This document shows, piece by piece, positions 11,590-22,160 of a DNA stretch of 45,074 bases. The notes beneath the pieces are model-generated. The model ran no database searches. It had not been told where the DNA came from and saw only the letters and a list, made by a program, of their open reading frames with translations. The stretch spans positions 1 through 45,074 of the forward strand of contig JBHGNT010000251.1 in assembly GCA_043228905.1 (NCBI GenBank). The letters run 5' to 3'. How positions within the stretch are numbered: the stretch's first letter is position 1; each line of letters begins with the position of its first letter. A program made the position numbers and the translations under genes. The DNA comes from Azolla caroliniana. Its lineage: Eukaryota > Plantae > Polypodiophyta.

Positions 11590-11830
11590 CTGCTAGGGTT
11601 TCAATTTGCACAATCATCTTCTTTGTTTTCCGCTCCCGCCCTCGCTCACCACAAAAATAAGATTTCAAAATTCTCTTCATAAACCACAGTTTATATATAT
11701 AGGTCAGAGTTGGGCTCCTACCTCAGGTAAGTCGGGCCTCCTCGAACTTCTGCTTCGGGCTCTTGCTTCAGGCTCCTTGGGCTCCTGCAATTTCAATGGT
11801 CGGGCTCATCGAGCTACCCATAAAGCGAAA
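11590..11830 (-). promoter_or_regulatory. Putative leftward promoter: GGGCY site-II-like cluster, TATA-like run, telo-box-like motif
   Basis: Five (T/C)GGGC(T/C) motifs at ~11712-11808, TATATATATAAA (minus) at ~11689-11701, AAACCCTAG (minus) at 11593-11601. Confidence 0.4.
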
Positions 11831-12310
11831 TTTTGAGCGAGCGCTTTTTTTATTATCCACATCGGACGGTGCAGATTGCACGTGCCTTCAGCCGAGCGAC
11901 TTGCACCGTCCGTGGCCGCGGTTCCCTCACTTGCCCTCTTTAATATTTGGTAGTAGTTAAACACGTCAATACATATACACATAAAATGTAATATTCGTGT
12001 TCGTGGAGGCATTCAAACGTTTGAAAACGTACACGTTTGAAAGGGGAAAAATACGTGCTCCTTTTTTTTTCTTTCTTTTTTTCATTTGTTTTCATTGCAA
12101 ATTTAGCCCATAATATAGACCATAGTTAATCCAATCAAACGTGTCAAACCAATCCAACTTTTAGTTGATTTACCATTCACGTTTTATTCAATCAAACGCG
12201 AATGCGCGTATGATACGTATGGTTCATTCTATGCATATACATATACATACATATATATAGAGAGTATATATATGTATTATGTATATATATACGTGTGTGT
12301 GTACGTATAA

Positions 12311-12340
12311 ATGCCACGTCGGATCAACATTTCCACGTCA
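12311..12340 (+). promoter_or_regulatory. UPRE/bZIP-like motifs (distal half of the HRD3 motif cluster)
   Basis: ATGCCACGTCGGA at 12311-12323 and CCACGTCA (reverse complement TGACGTGG) at 12333-12340. Confidence 0.55.
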
Positions 12341-12348
12341 TACGAGAG

Positions 12349-12350
<2 letters not shown>

Positions 12351-12379
<29 letters not shown>

Positions 12380-15300
12380 AATATTAACGTCTTCTAAGGC
12401 CAAATTTGGCCCATGAGACAAATAGGTTACAACAAAAAATGAGTGTTTATCCAATCATCAAAACTAAAAATAAAAGAAAATAGCTTAAGCTAAGAAAGTT
12501 CTAGTAGTGTACAAAACTTTGCACCAAGCCTAATCTCATTTCCACCCAAGTCTCTCAAAAAGAAGTGGGAGGTCAAAAGTTTTTGGTGTGGGTGTGACCC
12601 ATGGTCCCGATGCATAGAGTGCCCTAGCCATGGCTTCTAGGCGGTGTAGTTCACGTTCCCTTATTTTCTTTATTGCTTCTACATCTCGTCGAGTTGCTTT
12701 GAAACCCGGCATCCGAGGGCGTTTGGTTCTTCTTTGATTTTCTGCTTCATCAAGGAGAAGTCCAAGTGGTGCAGGTGTGTCGACATTCATTGTCTCCCCC
12801 TGTTCCTGAAAAACTTCATTTGTTATATGTTGGTAAACATTAGCAACATTATTATCAACGTTTTGTAATTTGTTCTCTCTGTGGTGTTTCAATTCTAAGA
12901 TGTATCTACCTAATTTCTTTATATCTAGTGTATCTAATAGTTTAGGGAGGGTGGGAGAGGAACCAAGTATGTCTTGGTATTTTGCCCTTATCTCGGCATA
13001 GGTGGGGCATTTGCATGTAAAATGGTACTCATCCTCTATCTCTATGTGGCATAACCTACATATCCTTTCCTCCCTAGGGACTCCATTAGTACATCCATTC
13101 TCAATCTCAAGTTGGTGAGATGATATTCTAAGTTGGCCAATGGCAACCCTTAGTGCATGTGGTAAGAATACATCTAGATATTTTGGGCGCGTGATAAAAC
13201 CTAACTCAGAGAAGTGCATAAAGTGTTCCTTATAGTACGACATTTTAGATGGGAGTGGCTCTAGTGGGGTGATCCATTTATACCGGGTATAAATTTGCCA
13301 TATTTCTTGGCGTATTACTTTATTACGGTCCTCATGAGAGAGTAAAGTGTTATCATTCGTGTGGTCGTACTTAAGGGGGGGGGAGGTTAGTAATGTCTAG
13401 ACCGTTGGCAAGAAGCCAACTCACCATCATGCCATACCATGAGCTAGTATAGCCGGACTCATACAGTGCTCGAGAAGCCTTAAAGGCTTGGTGGGATATT
13501 CTATCAAGTGGTTGGTTATGTATCCTGTGTATAAAGACTACCAGTTGAAAAAGTGCTTCTACTAACATAGGGGGTAGAGTGAACTAACCCTAATAATGTC
13601 ATGTGGGACCGACGATTTGCTTCGGAGTTGGCGTGATAACATCATCACCAATGGTCTCTCTAATTGCGTCCACATGAAAGATGGTAGTCCTGGGGCCCAA
13701 ACCGCTGATGCATACATGAGAGAGGGAGTCACTAATGAGTCAAAGAGCCACCCTTTAGTTCGTGGCTCTTGGAAGTATGCTTGGTGGCATTGTCTCTCGA
13801 GGAGTGAGAGGGATGCATGTCCTCTTGTAAGTCTATCCTTCGCTGCTTGTGTCATCGAAAATTTACCTGAGCGGGCACTGAAAGTGACTCCGAGATAGAC
13901 ATATGATCCAACCACCTCAACTGGGCTATGGGAGATAGTTAGGTGACACTTAGCTCTAACTTGGGCCGACGTGTGGAAGATAAGGACTTTAGTTTTCCCT
14001 AGATTCACTACCAATCCTCGTTGTGTGCAAAAGTCATCTAAGGCATTAAGGTGCCTTTGTAGGTCGTGTTCGGATTCAGAGAGCAAAACTATGTCATCTA
14101 CATAGAGCAAGATACGCACCTGCGTATCTCCAAGGACTACTCCATTGCCTCCCTTACGAGCAATAAAATCTGTGATCTCATCAATGTAGATCCCAAAAAG
14201 AGTCGGAGATAAGGGGCAACCTTGTTTTACACCAATAGTGCTAGTGAAACTATCGGATATGCCGCCTGGGCATCGAACACACCCGGACACTTGTTCATAT
14301 AGTGCGTAGATGGCCCAAACCATGTCATCTGGTATCCTCAAGCTCTTAAGCCTATCAAACAACCGCTCTCTAGGGACCGTGTCAAAGGCTTTGCGGAAGT
14401 CCACAAAACAACAATATAGTTTCTTCTTGCGAGCCTTAGTCTGGTCAATTAAGCATCTAAGTGTGAAGATATGGTCAATAGTGGAGAAGGCTCGTTTAAA
14501 GCCGGCCTGTTCAGGTGCACGAAGATTTAAGGTCTCCATATACTCGCTAAGCTCTGCCTCCATTACTGCACCATATAATTTAGCAAGGGTATGACCTATC
14601 ATAATGGTCCTATAAGTATTTGGGTCCATGGGGTCCCCCCCCTTATGTATGGGGGCCACTGTGTTCATGGTCCATTGTGATGGAAAACCCTCTGCAAGGG
14701 CACGATTGAAGATTAGAGTTAGTAAGGGAGCTAGGCACTCTCTCGCGTATATGATGTGTTCTGCTCGCAATCCTGTGTGGTCCATGGACTTCCTATGTTG
14801 TAATTTCTTTATGACCTTCGTGACCCTAGAGGTCGTGAAGAGTGTCCCCACAGTAGGTCGGGGTGTGGAAGGCATTGGAATGGGTGGTTGGTTTGGGATG
14901 TGGTAAAGTCTCTCTGTATAAGTGTGCCAAGTTTCGGGATCTTCGATGGGTGTTTGTGGTCTTGGTTCCCGTAATCTCTTCCATGCAGTGGCACAATCGT
15001 TACTCATGAGCATGTGGTAGAGTTCCCAATATTGGGATGCCTCCCATGCTCGTCTCTTACGACGTGTCATCTTGCGCATTTCTTTACGAGCTTGTACTGA
15101 GGTAATACTACCACTGAGTTGCGATATTGTAAGTTGTCGATGTAAGCACCTACAATCCTCATCATACCATCTATTTTGTGGCATAGATCCTACTTTACCT
15201 TGATTGGAGTGTTTCGTGTATGGGAAGCTGCTAACCGCTGCAGAATGAAGGATGTGTGTGAGTTTCGTATTAAGGCTCTCTAAAGGTAGGGAGGGATCAA

Positions 15301-15543
15301 GGGAGGAGAGATGGGCTTGAACATGTCGAGCATATATGTCAGAGAGCTCATGTGTGAAATGTATTGTGATGTCATGGCGTGGTTGACTAGAGTTGGTGAC
15401 GTTAGAGATATCGCATTTTATCTCGAAGTATAAGAAACTATGGTCCGCGCCAATAGGACATGGGGCCACTCGGAAGGAGTTAATCATGTGGGTAGCTTCA
15501 GGGCGTCCTATGAGATAATCGACTCTGCTTTCCCCTCCTCCAT
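12351..15543 (-). mobile_element. 5'-truncated non-LTR retrotransposon (LINE, RTE-X-like) with a (TTTC)n tail
   Basis: APE C-terminal motifs (SRVDYLIG, GADH), RT (YRTIMI, QAGF, FVDFRKAFD, GVKQGCPLSP, LLYVDD, YLG), C-terminal QLRISSHQLEIE...ICRLC...EDEYHF..CP.Y; (GAAA)n at 12351-12381; TSD GAGAGAG at 12344-12350 and 15544-15550. Confidence 0.9.
12536..15543 (-). pseudogene. LINE ORF2 remnant (endonuclease tail, RT, Cys/His domain) with about 2 frameshifts near 13590 and 13380
   Basis: ORF-track pieces 13562-15543, 13371-13568 and 12536-13243 join into one ORF2-like protein. Confidence 0.85.
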
Positions 15544-15568
15544 GAGAGAGTAGAGGAACAAGAGGAGA

Positions 15569-15609
15569 ATGCCACGTCGGATAATAGAGGAAGGGGATGC
15601 CACGTCGGA
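15569..15609 (+). promoter_or_regulatory. UPRE/bZIP-like motifs (proximal half of the HRD3 motif cluster)
   Basis: Two copies of ATGCCACGTCGGA (15569-15581, 15597-15609), about 100-135 bp upstream of the HRD3 ATG. Confidence 0.55.
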
Positions 15610-15704
15610 CAAGAGTGTATTTTTGTCCACGAGAACGAAGCAGGAGGAGGTGGAGAAGAAGAAGAAGAAGAAGAACAGAAGAGAGAGACAGAGAGAGAGT
15701 TGCG

Positions 15705-16352
15705 ATGGTAGATCTCGTTCTGAAGCGCCTGCTTTTCCTTCTCCTCTTCCTCTCCATCTCCATACCCCCCTCCTTTGCAGCAGCTCGAAAAGGACAGAAG
15801 AAACTTGTTCTCATCTTCGCAGATGACCAAGCAACAAAACGATCTCCGAACCAAGAGAAACTCATCAACACAGAATCACTCCTCCTTCACTCATCAGAAG
15901 AAAAAGAATCCTCAGTATTGGAACACGAACAAGAAGAAGAAGAAGATTTCAGTGATTTTGATGATCTGAACCCTGAAGATCTGGACCCTGGCTCGTGGAA
16001 AACCATAGCAGAAGACTATGGTGAGATCGAAGAAAAAAGAGATTCAGATATGTCTTCTTCTTCTTCTCCTTCGACTGTATCAGAAGATTTGTTGTATATA
16101 GAAGGGGTGAGAAAGATGCTTGATGCAGCTACCTATGGCGACCCAGATACTTTATCTGCTGCGGTTTCTCAATTTAGAAAAGCTGCTGAAGAAGGGCATG
16201 CTCATGCTCAATCTACATTGGCATTTTTATATGGGAATGGAATTGGTGTTGAACATAGTGATTCAAAAGCTTTTCTTTATCATTCATTTGCTGCTGAAAG
16301 TGGGAATTTCCAATCCAAACTCGCTCTTGCTTATGGATACTTTCGCCAACAG
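15705..16352 (+). CDS. HRD3: HRD3/SEL1L ERAD E3-ligase component, exon 1 of 6
   Basis: Signal peptide MVDLVLKRLLFLLLFLSISIPPSFAAAR, DLDPGSW, Sel1 repeats GHAHAQSTLAFLYGNG and KAFLYHSFAAESGN; donor CAG/GT. Confidence 0.92.
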
Positions 16353-16670
16353 GTATTTCTTTCTCCATTATTCTCTGGTTTGCCATTATTCATTTTTTTT
16401 CCTATTTTATTGATAGAAAGCATCAAACACAGTATTATAGTCATGTATGGTTATCCTATTTTACTACTATTGCAAAAATTGCCATAAAGTTACGTGAAAG
16501 AAGAAGCCATAATTTTGAAAGCTATGTGGAAATTTCCATAGTTTCATGGTTGAAAGCGTATATTTCAATGTAGTTTCTGATTTATGCTGGCATGAGTGGG
16601 GAATAAGGATCCATAAATATGGTTTATTTTGTTTTATGCTTGCTAGCATAAGGTGTACCGTTATTAGTCA

Positions 16671-16880
16671 TAGACCATCGGCAATGATTTGATTTGCTTA
16701 AAGTGATTAAGAGAACTGTAGCCTAAACGAAACCAAATCAAACTGCCAAACTGTTTGATCTGAACCATTTAAGAGATCCTCAAACCTAAATCAAACAATT
16801 TAAGAGATCCTCAAAATTTAAATCGATTTATTTAAGAAATCTTCAAGCCAAACAATTTAAACCATAAAATTGGCAGCATA
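16671..16880. mobile_element. Possible old, decayed end of an hAT MITE related to the one at 39543
   Basis: TAGACCATCGGCAATGATTTGATTTG resembles TAACAATCGGCAATGGTTCGGTTCGG with CpG decay; followed by AAACC/AAATC-type repeats; no second TIR found. Confidence 0.4.
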
Positions 16881-17111
16881 AGACATAATATAGATTTTGT
16901 TTAACACCATAGTTCCGCAATTCACACCCCAAGGGATTTTCTATCTTTTGTAGTTCAAAGCATATTTTTAATATAGTTTACAATTTAGCTATGTGGGTGA
17001 CATTGAATTAGAACTGTAAGAATAATATCTACCTATGGTTTATCTTGCTCAATTACTTGGCACCTGGTGCAATACAGCTAATTTCATTTATTATCTTAGA
17101 TTTGCAATTCA

Positions 17112-17733
17112 AATTTAAGGATTTTTTTTGTGTGATGGGAAGCATAGTTTTCAATTAGTTATCTGGCATAGTGTGTGGAAGAATGTGTAGTTTTGAAATT
17201 TCCATATTTATGCTTGAAAGCATCATGCTCTCAATTTGCTGATTGTGGAAATTCTTATCCGATATTCCTTTGTCAGAATGTTTTTAGCCACTATGAATTG
17301 AGTTCTCACAAGTGATGTCGTTCATATTAAAAGAGCACATAATGTTGATATTAAGAATTTTCTTTTTTCTATAAATCTCTGCAACGGTTACATTACTTTT
17401 CTAATTTGTTTAATCCAGATGAATTCAAGGAATTTTTGTGTGTGATTGGAAGCATAGTTTTCAATTAGTTATCTGGCATATTGTGTGGAAGAATGAGTAG
17501 TTTTGAAATTTCCATATTTATGCTTGAAAGCATCAAGCTCTCAATTTTCTGATTGCAGAAATTTTTATTCGATATTCTTTTGTCAGAATGTTTGTAGACA
17601 CTACGAATTGAGTTCTCACAAGTGATTTCGTTCACATTAAAAGAGCACATAATGTTGATAGTAAGAATTTTCTTTTTCTATAAATCTCTGCAACGGTTAC
17701 ATTACTTTTCCAATTTGTTTCATCCAGATGAAT
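17112..17733 (+). repeat. Tandem duplication 2 x ~310 bp covering the intron-1 3' splice site of HRD3
   Basis: AGCATAGTTTTCAATTAGTT at 17141 and 17451; both copies end ...ATCCAG ATGAAT (17413-17424, 17722-17733). Confidence 0.93.
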
Positions 17734-18219
17734 GAAGAGGCAGTAGCATTGTATGCAGAGCTTGCGGGAACAGCTGTGGCAAGTTTTTCAAGCTCAATTG
17801 ACAGCCCATTGGTAGAACCAGTTCCTCTAAATGATGGATTAGAAGAAAACAAAGAGGCATTGAGAAGATTCCGAGGTGAAGAAGATGATGATTTTCAAAT
17901 TCTAGAATATCAAGCGCGGAAAGGAAATGCAGCAGCCATGTTCAAAGTGGGTATTTTCTATTACTCTGGTTTACGAGGAGTGCGGCGAGATGATGCCAAG
18001 GCCTTGGACTGGTTTCTTAAGGCAGTGGAGAAGGGGGATTCAACAGCAATGGAGTTTGTTGGAGAAATTTTTGCAAGGGGCCATGGAGTTGAGAGAAATT
18101 TCACGAGAGCCCTTGAATGGTTCCAGGCAGCATTGAGAAACAAGCGATACTCTGCATATAATGGCATTGGATACTTGTACGTAAAAGGCCAGGGTGTAGA
18201 AAAGAGAAATTATACTAAG
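17728..18219 (+). CDS. HRD3: HRD3/SEL1L exon 2
   Basis: [49 protein letters not shown]; CAG acceptor, AAG/GT donor, phase 0. Confidence 0.93.
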
Positions 18220-18817
18220 GTACATCGAATTTGGATTTGTCATTTGAACGAAGGATTAGTTGATTTTATGCTTATCGTTTTCTGTTTCTCCTCTTTAACA
18301 TATGTGGATATCCCTCACTTTATCAATTCACATGACGTTCACTGTTCATGAGATTTTTTTATTGCTCTCGTTTACTTCTTGGCTGCCTTTAGTTCATTAA
18401 CAACATCATACACCTCTATATTTCCATCTCACTCTGAAATATGAAGCAGCTGACATAATCATGTTGTTGCACATATGCTTGTGTGTGCTCTAGAAATCCC
18501 AAATCCATTCACAAATCGTCATGTGTTTAATTGCAGTTGTAGTAACTGCAGCAATGTCAATTAACTTGTATTTTAAAAAGAAGTGTCTGGTTTCTGATTC
18601 CTGGCAACATGTAACACACCATCAATGCTCAACATGGTCCTTGGTATTCCTTGTATACCAAACTTCGGAATGATGTCAAGACATTGCCTTACTGAATTCA
18701 GAAGGGCTTCTTTTTTTTGTCTCGGTTTTAACCAGTCACAGGTTGAGTGGTCATTCCCATAACTCTCATTTACATTTTGTATTGTGTTCGGCAGCCTGCA
18801 AGTTACTGGATAGTTTC

Positions 18818-21800
18818 TGTTGATGGCAGGAACTAAGCAGAAGGCCAACAATAAAGGACCCACTGAAGCAGTAGACCAAAGAGAGGGGAAACCGAAGATA
18901 ATACACAGAGATATGTGCTGTGCGTTCACAGCTACAAAGCACCACAAGACCAGTCACCCCTCTAAGCCCTAGTTAACATCTTTTTATAAGTAGGTTGGTG
19001 AGTTTACACTGGCAGGTCAAAATGGGCTTTCCATCTACTCAATGCACATTTATTACAACAATCTCCCACCAAAGGCCAACTGGCTGGGATAGTACTAACT
19101 AGTTACATTTGTTGGTGGATTAACACTGCATCTTAGTAATACTAATTTAAATAGAATGGTATATATATTTCCCATCTCACACCTAGAGGGTATGTTGCAG
19201 AGACTATAATGAGTCTCTAATCGACATCACTCTGCAGTAATGGCAAAAGCAGCTCACAAATAGAGCCTTTGTCAGTGCGTCCGTGGTCTTGTCCATCTTA
19301 TGCATCTTGCTCCAGAATGATACAGTTCTTCTACATGTAATCTTGAATGAAGTTGTGATATACATCAAGATGTTTTTTCTTTGCTCGAAAAACTGGAATT
19401 TTTGCCACTGTGATTGCACTTCGGCTGTTGCTGTGAAAGATCACACTTCATTGAATTGCTCACATATCTGCAACCAACTTCTTTGCATGCTGAGCTGTCT
19501 GTGACATATTCTGCTTCTGTTGTTGAAACAGCTGGGCAGTGAAGAAATTCAACCAAGCACGGGTAAACTGTGGCAGTAACTATGACTTTCTTGAAACAAG
19601 CTCTGCTCTACTCTTTGGCTGTCTCTACTCTTTGTAACCATTTTTTCTACTGCTGTCTAACAGCCTTCTCATATCTTGGCTGTGTCTATTTTGTTCCAAC
19701 AATTGTTCCGCTGCTGCTATTAACGGCTTTTCTCACAGGGCATGATTGTCGGTCTGAGAGGTCGAGTTTCAGGTTTCTCCATAAACCCTTTAGCTAGATA
19801 TGGTTGCTATTTGCTGCGATCCATTGGGATGTTAGGGTCCTCCGACATCCGCTGATATCAGCATTAGCGAACATAAATCCACTTGTCCGTTCATCCGTGC
19901 TTCAGGTCCCACTGACTTCATTCTCATGTGGCCTTCACTCTACTTCTACCTTCGAATCATCCTCCGCATTCACTATATTCCGATTACTCCCATCTGAAGT
20001 TAGGACACGGTAATCTACAGATATGTCCCTTTGTATTCCACCTCTTTGATTGGCTAATGATGCATTTTTCTTTGCAAGAGACCGCGTTATTGCACCTGAT
20101 CATTGTCCAGTCCCATAATTAATGCCCAAACTTGAGGAAAAAGCATTTCCTCGATTTTGGATTCAGCTTTTGATGCAGTTCCTTAGGCACATGAATATAT
20201 ATGCCTTGTAACCAAATGCTTGTAAATCTCTATAATGTAGAGCCTGCCCGCTCCAGAGTTCTTATGCTACCTTCAGACGCTTTGATTTGTTTCAAGAAGA
20301 GAGATTGATGATGTTTATGACGTAAACATCAGTCAACATTTCTTTCGCCCCAAACTCATGGTTCAGGCTAGCCTGCTGAAGCATTGGCACTATCCACCCT
20401 TGGATAGTTTGATTCATCCTTTCAGTCCTGCTATTTTGAATGTATGTGGGAAATAGGTGCTCTGCAGATATCTTGGTCTTTGCAAAACTTCTGAGGCTCA
20501 TGGAAAAGGGTGTCCTCCTTACTTATCCGATTGTAGAGCCTTCAGCTTCATTCCTTTCTCTGTCTTCACAACTCCTTGAAAGTTGGGAAAACTTCATCCA
20601 TGCTCTTCAAGGGCTTCTGCCACACTTTCCTGGTGGCATCATCAATGAAGATTAGAAAGTATAGTGCTCTGCCTTCGGTCAAGTGGATTAATTGCAGATT
20701 GTACGTGCGTGTTGTGGACATTCCTACTTTTTGCTTTCTGTAACGAAGTGTTCAGAAGTATAGTGCTCTGCCTTCGGTCAAGTGGATTAATTGCAGATTG
20801 TACGTGCGTGTTGTGGACATTCCTACTTTTTGCTTTCTGTAGCGAAGTGTTCAGAAGTATAGTGCTCTGCCTTCGGTCAAGTGGATTAATTGCAGATTGT
20901 ACGTGCGTGTCGTGGACATTCCTACTTTTTGCTTTCCGTAGGGGAGTGTTCAGAGAACTGAAAATTGGAAATGGACAAGGCTGGTAGATAGCCATAGACT
21001 GACCCAACCAGCCATGCTATATTGCAGTAATGGAGTGCTCAGTGGTAAGTAACTGGTACTCCTTTTTAGTTACATAAAGCAGATACAGGTAAGTGTATTT
21101 GTCACCTCTTGAAAGTAACTAGGTTTCCCTTGAGTTTTTTGAATGTCTGCTTCAAAAACACCACCTTGTTTGATCTCGTCCAATCTTCCTACCGATATCT
21201 AACTCTTTTTAGTTCAGGGACATTGAAAATTTCCTCGAGCATGAAGTCCTTTCCTTCCGCCAATTCTTACATTATCGAACATTGGGGTGAGAGTTGCCAG
21301 ACTGGATGGTTAAGATGTCATCCTCTCTATGTGTGGATAAACATGGAAGAATGCCATTGATATGATAACATCTTGACTAAGATGATGTTCCCAGCCATGA
21401 AGCTGAGGTTCTCTGCTTCCTTCTTGCAGTTGGCCTTTCAGTGGGCATTTTTTTCTTCACTCGTCATTTTTAGTGCTGGTGTTTGTCTTGATTCTCATCA
21501 TTAGAGTTCCTATCTCCATTTCGGGGGTTGCAACAGTCCTGAAAATGGCCCTTGCTTTGGGTACTTCCCCATGAGTCCCACATGTTATCTGCCTCTCCAC
21601 CCACCATAGAACTTCATTGGATGTCCTTGCTCAGAAGTGCACCACATGCATCAGTGTATGAAAGTATGCGACTGGGTGCACTTGTTAGCACTGTTCAAAA
21701 TGTGTCCCACGAGCTGGGTCAAAAGCAGCTTGTTCCATAGGTGCTTTGGGTTTTTTACAATCCAACACTGAGAAGTGGACACTACCTGCTAATTAGCTAG

Positions 21801-21900
21801 TTGATTCGTTCCTTTCAGTCTTCTTCATCCATGTAGGCTAGTCATGTTCTGCTGACGAGTTTCCACAGACGCCTTTGAATCAAAACATCATGGATCTGAT
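18818..21900 (-). mobile_element. Heavily degenerate copia in HRD3 intron 2 (gag/protease/integrase and RNase H remnants; RT largely deleted; 5' end unresolved)
   Basis: Remnants PSSWDTF, ALYFLIFIDDATRKVW, ERMNQTI, STTEAEYV, DALTKAL; PPT GGTGGGAGAT (minus, 19061-19070) then a putative 3' LTR TGTTG...CAACA at 19060-18818. Confidence 0.75.
20657..20954. repeat. Tandem array, 3 x 99 bp, inside the degenerate integrase
   Basis: ATAGTGCTCTGCCTTCGGTCAAGTGG at 20661, 20760 and 20859; only a few substitutions between copies. Confidence 0.95.
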
Positions 21901-22160
21901 TTTTCCAGAGGGAGAATTTACTGATCTCAGAGCCTCATCTGCCTTGAAGTGAGAAATTACAAATAATTGAAATCTGCTTGATGCAATGTAGGATCTTATC
22001 GGGGACATTTTTGGTTTGCACTGCATCTACGAGCGAACACACTCCCACCTCAGCTGGACTCCTGTCTACACTTTGTAGATTGCTGATAATGCATTTTCTG
22101 CATGCCAGCCTGCTGTATGGCTGAGTCTCCTCTTCTTTGTCTATACATGCATATATGTTG

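Noticed and set aside
11860-11960. Helitron 3' hairpin explaining GAD capture
   Set aside because: The inverted repeat has a 28-nt loop and is not followed by a CTRR terminus at the expected spacing.
15597-15704. In-frame upstream ATG extending HRD3 by 36 Arg-rich residues (also an out-of-frame ATG at 15569)
   Set aside because: Both ATGs are part of the ATGCCACGTCGGA motifs and probably lie upstream of the TSS; the extension is translated GA repeat and would displace the signal peptide that starts at 15705.
13562-15871. 769-aa ORF as a bona fide host gene
   Set aside because: It is a chimera of antisense HRD3 or promoter sequence and a truncated LINE; kept only as a speculative finding.
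20657-20954. CRISPR-like array or repeat-protein ORFs (20642-21007, 20664-20987)
   Set aside because: Head-to-tail units with no unique spacers, eukaryotic context, derived from copia integrase sequence.
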